Below are positions 23,031-31,813 of a stretch of DNA of 64,000 bases, piece after piece. Below the pieces are notes generated by a model. That model saw only the letters and a program-made list of their open reading frames with translations. It had not been told where the DNA came from and did not search any database. Source of the DNA: Candidatus Ghiorseimicrobium undicola (GTDB taxonomy: Bacteria > Omnitrophota > Gorgyraeia > Ghiorseimicrobiales > Ghiorseimicrobiaceae); NCBI GenBank assembly GCA_002796125.1, contig PCWA01000109.1, positions 65,347 through 129,346 on the forward strand, in the 5' to 3' direction. How positions within the stretch are numbered: the stretch's first letter is position 1; every line of letters begins with the position of its first letter. The position numbers and the translations under genes were made by a program.

Positions 23031-23050
23031 TTTTTATCCCCTTCACAATT

Positions 23051-23217
23051 AATGAACACTTGCGTAATTGCCCACAATGGCACAGCGGCGCGATTTCCCA
23101 GCAAGGAAACACTGGCGCAATACAATTAAGCGCTAGGTGTTAAGTAAGCGCTGGCTGCCTTATAAACGCAAAGTGTCAATGAGCACATCCGCCGTAGGCG
23201 AAAAAGCGCGAATTGAC
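23051..23217 (+). repeat. Composite palindromic element: multibranch hairpin (23056-23176) plus module A (23175-23217)
   Basis: ACACTTGCGT/ACGCAAAGTGT closing stem; GTCAAT GA GCAC..CGCC GTA GGCG..GCGC GA ATTGAC. Confidence 0.75.
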
Positions 23218-24447
23218 TTACTTCTCCGTAAATCTCACCTTTACTGAATCGGCATGCTTAGTAAGCCCTTCTATCAGTGCCAGTTTTTCCAAAGAGACCC
23301 TCATCTTATCCAATGCTTTTTTAGAATATGATATTAAATGGCTTGATTTTATAAAATCCGAAAGGGATAATCCGGAGAAAAACCTTGCCGTGCCTGTAGT
23401 CGGAAGCACATGGCTGGGCCCCGCAACATAATCACCCACCGCAACAGGGGTAAAATCCCCCAAAAAGATAGCGCCGGCGTTTGTTATTTTAAGTAAAAAT
23501 TTCTTTGGGTTATTAAGCATTATCTGCAAATGCTCCGGGGCTATCCTATTTGTAATATCCGCCGCCTCATTAAGGTTCTTAGCCAGGATAATGTAACCTT
23601 TATCCACTTTATTTTTTATTTCACGGGCCAATTGTTTACTCGTAGTAATCAATATCGCAAGCCCGTCCAGATGCTCTGCCTGAGCCAATAGATCAGCGCT
23701 AATATATGAAATATTCCCGCTCTTATTTGCCACAACTACCAACTCGGTAGGCCCTGCTATCATATCTATATCTACAAATCCAAAGACCTGCCTTTTCGCC
23801 TCTGCCACATAAATATTCCCCGGCCCTACTATTTTATCCACTTTAGGTATTATCTTTGTGCCAAATGCTAAAGCGGCAATCGCCTGCGCGCCGCCAACCT
23901 TATATATCTCATTAACCTTCAATAAATCGGCGACCACCAATATATGGGGGTTAATATTACCATGTTTATCAGGCGGGCTTACCAAAACAATCCGCTTTAC
24001 TCCCGCAAGCTTTGCCGGTAAAACACTCATGTATACAGACGATACCAAAGGAGCCGTGCCCGCAGGAATATAAACACCCACTTTTTCAATAGGCGTAATC
24101 TTTTCTCCTAAAATAACGCCGTCCTCATCTTTAATTTTCCATGATTTTTTTATCTGCTTTTTATAGAATTTATTCACATTCTCTATAACCAATTTTAATG
24201 TAGATACGAAGTCCGGGCTGATATTCTGATACGCGCCGCTGATCTCTGCCTGTGTTATGCGTAATTGCCTGGAAGAAAGCCTTGCCTTATCAAATTTACG
24301 GGCATACTTTATAACTGCTTCATCGCCAAGCAAACGGACATGTTCTACTATATTACGCACAGTTTCTTCTACGCGCTTTTTACGCAGTAAATAGCGTGAA
24401 CATATCTTGTCAATTTCTTTTATATTGGCAGAGCGGATTATTTTCAC
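23218..24447 (-). CDS. hisD: Histidinol dehydrogenase
   Basis: GVYIPAG, GGAQAIAALAFG, GPGNIYV, DLLAQAEH, APEHL, AGPSHVLPT. Confidence 0.97.
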   Translation of the reverse strand: MKIIRSANIKEIDKICSRYLLRKKRVEETVRNIVEHVRLLGDEAVIKYARKFDKARLSSRQLRITQAEISGAYQNISPDFVSTLKLVIENVNKFYKKQIKKSWKIKDEDGVILGEKITPIEKVGVYIPAGTAPLVSSVYMSVLPAKLAGVKRIVLVSPPDKHGNINPHILVVADLLKVNEIYKVGGAQAIAALAFGTKIIPKVDKIVGPGNIYVAEAKRQVFGFVDIDMIAGPTELVVVANKSGNISYISADLLAQAEHLDGLAILITTSKQLAREIKNKVDKGYIILAKNLNEAADITNRIAPEHLQIMLNNPKKFLLKITNAGAIFLGDFTPVAVGDYVAGPSHVLPTTGTARFFSGLSLSDFIKSSHLISYSKKALDKMRVSLEKLALIEGLTKHADSVKVRFTEK

Positions 24448-24461
24448 TTAAATAAACCTCC

Positions 24462-27065
24462 TTAATTATTTTCCGATTGCAATAATTTTCCTATCGCCTT
24501 CAGCGCGCCGGCGGGACTGCTTAATATTTCTTCCCAGAGCGCACCTTCTTGCTTTGTAGCTTTATTTTTCATGCCGCCCTGAACTAAATCAGGCCTGCCT
24601 CCTCCGGCCAACCCAAGTTTATTGACAATTTTCCTGGCGTCATATCCTTTTTCTGCTAAATCTTCAGAAAGAGCCATAATAAATGTGCCGCCTCCGCCAA
24701 CAAGGCTAAAGAGAAAAATAGCAAACGGCGCGCTAACTTTATTCCTTAATATATCCAAGGCGCTACGCGCGTAGTGCATATCATTAACCTTCAAATCGGC
24801 AACAATAAGCTTAACTCCGCCTACATCCGTACTGTTTTTTAAAAGTTCCGGCGCATCCTGTTTTAGTAATTTCAGCTTAGCGGAAAATAGATCTTTTTCC
24901 AATTTTTTTATATATTTTAACTTTTTTTCTATTTCCCCCTTTAACCTGTCTTTTGGCACCTTAAACTCTTCGACAAGCTCATCAATAACTCTTTCTTCTT
25001 CCTGTAATTTTTTATATGCATGCTTTCCCGTCAGGGCTTCTATACGGCGTATCCCTGAGGATATGGAACTCTCAGAGACAATCTTAAACAACCCAATCTG
25101 GCCGGTATTATCCAGATGTATTCCTCCGCAAAGCTCTTTGGAATAATCACCGCAAGAAACCACTCTTACCTTGTCTGCGTATTTTTCTGCAAAGAAAGCG
25201 AGAGCGCCGGCCTCCCGAGCCTTGAGAAAAGTCATTTCTTCTTTGGAAACAAGATCATTATCGCGTATATATTGATTTACCATTTCTTCCACGCGAAAAA
25301 ATTCTTCTTTGTTTAGGGCCTTAAAATGAGTAAAATCAAACCTTAGGTATTCCTCGCATACAAAAGAACCTTGCTGGCGGACATGCCCACCCAATACCTT
25401 ACGCAAAGATGCCTGAAGCAGATGCGTTGCCGTATGATTCCTGGCAGTATCTAACCGCCTGCTGCTATCTACTATTGCTTCTGCTTCCTCACCAGCATGA
25501 AAATCCCCTTTTTTTATCTTTACATAATGCAGTATTGCCTGATTTATCTTTTTGGTATCGTAAACTTCCGCCAAAGAAGAAGTTGTTTTAATTATGCCTT
25601 TATCGCCGCACTGTCCTCCGGATTCCGGGTAAAAACAACTCTTTTCTAATATAAGGCAGATTTCATCATTCTGTTTATTAACAGACAGGATTTTCGCCTT
25701 TACTGAATCTTTTTCATAGCCCACAAATTCAGTATTAAATCCGGCGCCGCAGGAAGAAATACCTCCAAAAACCTCCCCAGTAAGACTACTAGCATTTTTT
25801 GATCTTGAACGTTGCTCTTCCAATAAACGATTAACCGCCTCCTGATCAAACTTTACTCCTCGTTCTTTTAAAAAATCCAAAGGATAACCATACGTGTCGT
25901 AAAGCTTAAACGCTTCCTCTGCGGTCAATCTTTTCTTATTAGCAATGCCCTTCATCTCCCCGAGCATTCTATCGCCTTCACTAAGAGTACGGCAAAATCT
26001 CTCTTCTTCGCTTTTCACTACCAAAGAAATTCTCTCCCTCTCGGATTCTAGTTCAGGATACGCCACTTTCATTATATCGGCAACTTTCGGTACTATCCGA
26101 TAAAGAAAAGGATCTTTATTCCCATATTGCCTCGCATTCAAGAATGCGCGGCGGATAAGTTTACGCACAACATATCCCCTATCTTCATTAGAAGGTATAA
26201 CGCCGTCGCAAATCGCGAATACGACAGCACGCAGATGATCAGCTATGGCATATATTTCTTGCATATTCGGCGAACTAAACACAGCGATATTCATTATCTC
26301 TTTTACTATCGGCCCAAAAATATCAATCTCGAAATTAGTTCTTTTGCCCTGCATGACTGCCGCAATTCTTTCCAAGCCCATACCTGTATCAATATTTTTC
26401 TGAGGCAACGCCTCCAAATTATTCCTGCCTACGCGGTTAAATTGCGTAAATACTAAATTCCATATTTCCACAAATCTTCCGCAACTACACCTGAGAGAAC
26501 AATCAGATTTTTTGCATCCCTCATTTTCTCCCCAGTCATAAAAAATCTCAGAACACGGCCCGCAAGGGCCATCCGGGCCTTGCAGTATAGCATTTGCCGG
26601 CCAAAAGTTGTCTTTGTCTCCGAATTTCATAATCCTCTCTCGAGGAATTTTAACCAGGCCTTGCCATATTTTATAAGCCTCATCGTCGTTATCATAAACC
26701 GAGACCCATAATTTATCACAAGAAATACCCAGTCTTTCGGTTACGAATTCCCATGCCCAGGTTATCGCCTCTTTTTTAAAATAGTCCCCGAAAGAAAAGT
26801 TGCCTAGCATCTCAAAGAACGTATGGTGGCCGCTGGTTTTTCCTACGTTCTCAAGGTCTCCGGTTCTTAAGCATTTCTGACAGCTGGCCGCCCGCCTAAA
26901 ATCGGTTGCCTGCCCAAGAAACTGCCTCTTGAATTGGTTCATTCCCGCTGAAGTAAAAAGAACAGTCGGGTCATCCGCCGGAACCAAAGAATCAGAGACG
27001 AATATTTTATGGCCCTTTTCTTTAAAAAAATCCAAAAACTTATGGCGCAAGGCATCGGTTTTCAT
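24462..27065 (-). CDS. alaS: Alanine--tRNA ligase
   Basis: AGMNQFK, HHTFFEMLGNFS, IDTGMGLER, HTATHLL, ELCGG. Confidence 0.98.
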   Translation of the reverse strand: MKTDALRHKFLDFFKEKGHKIFVSDSLVPADDPTVLFTSAGMNQFKRQFLGQATDFRRAASCQKCLRTGDLENVGKTSGHHTFFEMLGNFSFGDYFKKEAITWAWEFVTERLGISCDKLWVSVYDNDDEAYKIWQGLVKIPRERIMKFGDKDNFWPANAILQGPDGPCGPCSEIFYDWGENEGCKKSDCSLRCSCGRFVEIWNLVFTQFNRVGRNNLEALPQKNIDTGMGLERIAAVMQGKRTNFEIDIFGPIVKEIMNIAVFSSPNMQEIYAIADHLRAVVFAICDGVIPSNEDRGYVVRKLIRRAFLNARQYGNKDPFLYRIVPKVADIMKVAYPELESERERISLVVKSEEERFCRTLSEGDRMLGEMKGIANKKRLTAEEAFKLYDTYGYPLDFLKERGVKFDQEAVNRLLEEQRSRSKNASSLTGEVFGGISSCGAGFNTEFVGYEKDSVKAKILSVNKQNDEICLILEKSCFYPESGGQCGDKGIIKTTSSLAEVYDTKKINQAILHYVKIKKGDFHAGEEAEAIVDSSRRLDTARNHTATHLLQASLRKVLGGHVRQQGSFVCEEYLRFDFTHFKALNKEEFFRVEEMVNQYIRDNDLVSKEEMTFLKAREAGALAFFAEKYADKVRVVSCGDYSKELCGGIHLDNTGQIGLFKIVSESSISSGIRRIEALTGKHAYKKLQEEERVIDELVEEFKVPKDRLKGEIEKKLKYIKKLEKDLFSAKLKLLKQDAPELLKNSTDVGGVKLIVADLKVNDMHYARSALDILRNKVSAPFAIFLFSLVGGGGTFIMALSEDLAEKGYDARKIVNKLGLAGGGRPDLVQGGMKNKATKQEGALWEEILSSPAGALKAIGKLLQSENN

Positions 27066-27535
27066 AGCTTATTTAAAACTTCTGAGATTGCCTCCGGACT
27101 AAATCCGCGGCGTAGTAGAAATCCAAAAATCCTATTTCTGGCCTTACTATTAAATTTTCCTTCAGTTTTATTAACTGTATTGTCAAATTTGCTGCTGATT
27201 ATATTCTTGATCGCCTCATGCTCAGAGTAGGCGTTTTTTATCCGAGAGACGACTTCTTCGATTATCGGTTCCTTAATATTTTTCTGCTTTAACTCAAAAA
27301 CAATCCGCTTAAAACCTAAAGGCTTGTTTATTTTCTCTTTTGCCCAGGCAAAAGCAAAACGCAAATCATCAACAAAACCAGCATCTTTTAAATTGGCGAT
27401 TAAAAAATTTATCGTATCGGGAGTAAAACGCTTCTGTCTAAGGCGAAACCGCAACTCCTCTTCGGATCTCTGACGTATTTTAAGAAGCCTTAAGGCATAG
27501 CTCCTTGCCTTGTTTAATTCTTTATCTCTTGGCAT
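27062..27535 (-). CDS. recX: Regulatory protein RecX
   Basis: ALRLL..RSEEEL, DDLRFA, LLRRGF; recA-recX-alaS context. Confidence 0.9.
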   Translation of the reverse strand: MPRDKELNKARSYALRLLKIRQRSEEELRFRLRQKRFTPDTINFLIANLKDAGFVDDLRFAFAWAKEKINKPLGFKRIVFELKQKNIKEPIIEEVVSRIKNAYSEHEAIKNIISSKFDNTVNKTEGKFNSKARNRIFGFLLRRGFSPEAISEVLNKL

Positions 27536-27548
27536 TAATTATAGCGCA

Positions 27549-29084
27549 TTATTTATCTTTCATTACGATATATCCTCTTCTGGTCCGGATAAGAACATCG
27601 CCTTTAAGATCCTTGCTGATACGCTTAAAATCATCCACATTGCTTATTTTAGCTTTATTAATCTCATCAATTATGTCTCCGGCTAACATAACCGCTTCAT
27701 CCGCAGAGCTATCCGGCTCTATATCTATAACTACTACGCCTTCTTCGGAGGCGGCTAAATTAAAACGCCTCCTTGTTTCCTGATCAATATCTTTGACTTT
27801 TATGCCCCGCCAATATTCATCTGTTTGCCCGGGTTTCGATAAAGTTAGGCCTGTATCCAGATCTTCCGGGCGCTCACCTATCTCAATCGTAATTGCCTTG
27901 GCTTTCTTATCGCGCCAGATATCCATCTTTACTTTTTTACCCACTTCGCTGCCTGCTACAATGCTTAATAATTCACGCAGGCTGCTTATATTTTTACCCT
28001 CAAAGGACAAAATTATATCCCCGCTTTTAAGGCCGCCTTTTTCCGCAGGGCCGTCTTTTATTACATCATTTACAAGAACACCTTTTGTGCCGGCGGCCAA
28101 GCCAAAATACTCAGCAAGCTTATCATCTAACTCCTGCACCGTAACGCCCAGCCAGCCATATAATATTTTTTTACCGGCGATAAGCTTATCTAAAATCCTT
28201 TTCGCCGAATTAATTGGTATGGCGAAACCTACGCCTTGGTATCCTCCAGTCGTAGAAAATATGGCAACGTTGATTCCAATAACTTCTCCGTTAAGGCTGA
28301 CTAAAGGCCCTCCTGAATTCCCGGGATTTATCGCTGCATCGGTTTGTATTAAATCTGTAAAGTCTTTATCACGGCTTAAAGCCCTGCCCAAAGAACGGTG
28401 CAGGGCACTAACGACTCCCGCGGTAACGGTAGGCTCCGGGCTATGCAAAACAAAACCGAAAGGATTACCTATCGCTATTACCCACTGGCCTATTTTCACA
28501 TTATCTGAATTGCCTAATCTTGCTACCGGAAGATCCCGGGCGTTTATCTTTATAACCGCCAAATCTGCTCTGGCATCTTTACCCTTGATTTCTCCTTCAA
28601 ATTCCCTGCCATCCGGCAACGTCACGGTTATTTTATCGGCATCAGCAACCACATGTTCATTGGTAAGGATATACCCTTCCCCGTCAATAATAACTCCCGA
28701 ACCCAACCCCTGTTGTTTAAATTCACGCTCGGGAACATCGCCAAAAAAATCATCAAAAAATCTACGGAAAAATTCATCACCAAACTGCTCATTCCCTCCA
28801 AAAGGAGTGCCGAAATAAAACCTGCGAACTCCTCCCGGGACTCTTTCCGTATGTTCCGTGCTAATAGAAACAACTGCCTGGCCCACCTTCTCTGCGACAT
28901 TAATTACAGCATTTTCCAGACCCTCGCTGATATTATCAGAATAGGAAGCAAAATCATCTTTCTGGGTAGATATAACGGCGCCGACTCTTGGCATAATATC
29001 TAATTTTGCCGTAAAAAATATACCTGCCAACACCCCCATGATAAAAACCATACCCCACAGAAGCTTATGTTTTATTTTCCGCAT
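27549..29084 (-). CDS. HtrA/DegP-family periplasmic serine protease with two PDZ domains
   Basis: GSGVII, TNEHVV, IQTDAAINPGNSGGPL. Confidence 0.95.
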   Translation of the reverse strand: MRKIKHKLLWGMVFIMGVLAGIFFTAKLDIMPRVGAVISTQKDDFASYSDNISEGLENAVINVAEKVGQAVVSISTEHTERVPGGVRRFYFGTPFGGNEQFGDEFFRRFFDDFFGDVPEREFKQQGLGSGVIIDGEGYILTNEHVVADADKITVTLPDGREFEGEIKGKDARADLAVIKINARDLPVARLGNSDNVKIGQWVIAIGNPFGFVLHSPEPTVTAGVVSALHRSLGRALSRDKDFTDLIQTDAAINPGNSGGPLVSLNGEVIGINVAIFSTTGGYQGVGFAIPINSAKRILDKLIAGKKILYGWLGVTVQELDDKLAEYFGLAAGTKGVLVNDVIKDGPAEKGGLKSGDIILSFEGKNISSLRELLSIVAGSEVGKKVKMDIWRDKKAKAITIEIGERPEDLDTGLTLSKPGQTDEYWRGIKVKDIDQETRRRFNLAASEEGVVVIDIEPDSSADEAVMLAGDIIDEINKAKISNVDDFKRISKDLKGDVLIRTRRGYIVMKDK

Positions 29085-29140
29085 CTAGCACCTCCTTAAA
29101 CTTAACATCTGCCATCCAGCATTAAGTGCGGCTTCCGCAC

Positions 29141-29234
29141 CTTTTAACTTTTACTTTACCAATGGCATTAAGGTAGTTAATATTTCGCTTATGTTTCCGG
29201 AATCTTTACCATTAGTTGTACAAAGCTCAATAAG
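29141..29234. repeat. Degenerate copy of the ~100-bp palindromic element also at 36423-36524
   Basis: Alignable over its length; last 30 nt TTTACCATTAGTTGTACAAAGCTCAATAAG identical. Confidence 0.85.
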
Positions 29235-29246
29235 CCGCCCGGCATT

Positions 29247-30287
29247 TTAATCAGGTTTTATTTCTTTCTCGGCAAAGCTTTTTCTTACTTCCTTATCAAT
29301 CTCTGTAAGCAATTTTACATTTTCTTTTAAATATTTACGCGCAGCGTCTCTGCCCTGGGATATTTTTTCAGTTTTATATGAAAACCACGCGCCTGATTTC
29401 TCAATGATATTTTTACTTACCGCCATATCCAATACGTCTGCGGCGCGGGAAATCCCTTCATCATACAATATCTCAAATTCCGCTTCTTTAAAAGGCGGCG
29501 CGACTTTATTCTTTACAACGCGTACCCGTACTTTACTGCCGATTACCGCATCCGCCTCTTTAATCGCGCCTATACGCCTCACATCAAGACGAACCGAAGA
29601 ATAAAACTTAAGCGCGTTACCGCCTGTTGTTGTTTCCGGATTACCAAACATGACTCCGATTTTCATGCGTATCTGGTTAATAAAAACAACGCATGTTTTA
29701 GATTTACTGATTGCCGCGGTAAGTTTACGTAATGCCTGAGACATAAGGCGCGCTTGTAAGCCCATGTGCGAATCACCCATCTCTCCCTCAATCTCTGCGC
29801 GCGGCGTAAGAGCGGCCACCGAATCAATAACGATTAAATCTATCGCATTCGACCTTACAAGGGTCTCGGTAATCTCCAAGGCCTGTTCTCCCGTATCCGG
29901 CTGTGAAATTAAAAGTTCTTCCAGCTTTACGCCTATCTTTTTGGCATAAGTAGAATCAAAGGCGTGTTCTGCATCTATGAAGGCCGCGGTTCCCGATTGT
30001 TTCTGCACCTGACTGATAGCGCTTAAAGTAAGCGTTGTTTTACCGGAAGCCTCAGGGCCAAAAATTTCAATTACCCGCCCGCGCGGGAGGCCCCCTACCC
30101 CTAAAGCAACATCCAAAGATAAAGCCCCTGTAGAAATGGCAGGAACATCTACTTTTGCCTTTTCATCAAGCTTCATAATCGAACCCTTACCGAACTGTTT
30201 CTCTATTTGAGACAACGCCAGCTCAAGCGCTTTCTGACGGTTTGAATCTGTTTTCACTGCTTCATCCTTTTTTTTGTCTTTAATCAT
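29247..30287 (-). CDS. recA: Recombinase A
   Basis: [35 protein letters not shown]. Confidence 0.99.
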   Translation of the reverse strand: MIKDKKKDEAVKTDSNRQKALELALSQIEKQFGKGSIMKLDEKAKVDVPAISTGALSLDVALGVGGLPRGRVIEIFGPEASGKTTLTLSAISQVQKQSGTAAFIDAEHAFDSTYAKKIGVKLEELLISQPDTGEQALEITETLVRSNAIDLIVIDSVAALTPRAEIEGEMGDSHMGLQARLMSQALRKLTAAISKSKTCVVFINQIRMKIGVMFGNPETTTGGNALKFYSSVRLDVRRIGAIKEADAVIGSKVRVRVVKNKVAPPFKEAEFEILYDEGISRAADVLDMAVSKNIIEKSGAWFSYKTEKISQGRDAARKYLKENVKLLTEIDKEVRKSFAEKEIKPD

Positions 30288-30446
30288 TACTACCTCCCTT
30301 GATAAGCCCGTCAGAGGAACAAATTACCCCAAAAGCTTAATCTAAAATTGCCTTATAAAATTTTAGACTGGTTTTAATGGGCGGGCATTAATTTGAATTT
30401 GCATTAGATAGCACGCTATGCTATAAATTTGCAGTTTAGAAACTTT

Positions 30447-30475
30447 ATTATATTACATAACCCTATAACTGTCAA
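30447..30475 (-). promoter_or_regulatory. Sigma70-type promoter of recA
   Basis: TTGACA-17 bp-TATAAT on the minus strand. Confidence 0.8.
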
Positions 30476-30532
30476 ACAGTTTAGAAGAAAAATCAAAACC
30501 TTAGGCCGTAGCGCTGCACAGCAAGACCGCGC

Positions 30533-30561
30533 TTGACAATATATCCGGATTATGCTATTTT
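30533..30561 (+). promoter_or_regulatory. Putative promoter of the GGDEF gene
   Basis: TTGACA-17 bp-TATTTT with extended TG. Confidence 0.5.
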
Positions 30562-30617
30562 TATGCCATAACTAAACACCCGCAGAAACATAATTAGAGA
30601 TAAATATACTTCGATAA

Positions 30618-31805
30618 ATGACTGAACAAGAAAAAATATTCCAACTTAAGGATGAGCTTGATAAAGTACGCGCTGAGCTTAATGTGCTATATGAAATTTC
30701 TAATGCCATGCGCACAAGCTTAAAATTGGATGACGTCCTCTATATAATACTTACAGGTGTCACCGCGCATGTAGGCCTGGGCTTTAACCGGGCAATGCTC
30801 TTTCTGGTAAATGAACATAAAGCCATGATCGAAGGTTCGATGGGCATAGGCCCGCATACCGCCGAAGAAGCAAACCAAATATGGAAACAAATCGATAAAG
30901 AAAAAAGTAACCTCGACAACTTAATTTCAAATTATAAAGCCTCCAGCACAGCCAAGGATTCAAAGTTTAATAGCCTGGTTACTAGCATGAACTTTCCTCT
31001 CAATGAGGCTGAAGGCGGTATTATCGCCCAATCCATATTAAAAGATGCCTCAATTAACGTATCCAGCGAAACAATAAGCCGGTATGAAAATGATCCATTG
31101 CTTTCTAAAATACATATGGAAGAATTTGCCGTCGTACCACTTAAAACCAAAGAAAAGACCATCGGGGCTATTGTCGTCGACAACCTTTTCAATAAAGAAC
31201 CGGTTACCCATGATGATTTAAGAATACTGGTAATGTTCGCAAACCAGGCGGGCCTTGCCATTGAAAACTCGCGGCTCTACGAAGAAACAGTACTCCGGTC
31301 ACAAATAAATTTTCTGACAAAACTCTGGAACCACGGTTACTTCCAAAATAAGCTGGAAGAAGAATTCAAAAATGCCCAAGAAAATGAATACTATCTTAGC
31401 CTGATTATGATGGATTTGGATAATTTTAAAGAGCTAAATGATTCCCTGGGCCATCAAGTGGGAGATACCGTTCTCAACAAAACATCAAAAATCATCAAAG
31501 AATACTGCCGTAAATCCGATTATCCCTGCCGCTACGGCGGAGAAGAATTCGCGATTATACTTCCATACACTAATAAAAAAGAAGCTTATATGATTGCTGA
31601 ACGAATAAGAAAAACGGTGGAAGAATCAACCTACCTCCATAAACAGGCTCCTATCAATAAAAAAATCAGCATAAGCGCGGGAATATCCTGCTTCCCTGAA
31701 GACAAAACCTCAGACAAAGCCACTCTGCTGGACATGGCGGATAAAGCGCTATATCAGGCAAAACATAACGGAAAAAATAAAACCTGTTTTTTTAGTGATT
31801 GTTAA
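30618..31805 (+). CDS. GAF + GGDEF diguanylate cyclase
   Basis: DLDNFKELNDSLGH, RKSD I-site, RYGGEEF, ADKALYQAK. Confidence 0.93.
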   Translation: MTEQEKIFQLKDELDKVRAELNVLYEISNAMRTSLKLDDVLYIILTGVTAHVGLGFNRAMLFLVNEHKAMIEGSMGIGPHTAEEANQIWKQIDKEKSNLDNLISNYKASSTAKDSKFNSLVTSMNFPLNEAEGGIIAQSILKDASINVSSETISRYENDPLLSKIHMEEFAVVPLKTKEKTIGAIVVDNLFNKEPVTHDDLRILVMFANQAGLAIENSRLYEETVLRSQINFLTKLWNHGYFQNKLEEEFKNAQENEYYLSLIMMDLDNFKELNDSLGHQVGDTVLNKTSKIIKEYCRKSDYPCRYGGEEFAIILPYTNKKEAYMIAERIRKTVEESTYLHKQAPINKKISISAGISCFPEDKTSDKATLLDMADKALYQAKHNGKNKTCFFSDC

Positions 31806-31813
31806 AGAAAAGA

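Noticed and set aside
27793-28818. Long plus-strand ORFs antisense to degP, rpoB (2365..3219), hisA, pgk and others
   Set aside because: These are shadow frames of conserved minus-strand genes with no independent motifs.
29126-29140. GTGCGG-CTT-CCGCAC hairpin as a recA terminator
   Set aside because: No convincing U-tract follows on the coding strand.
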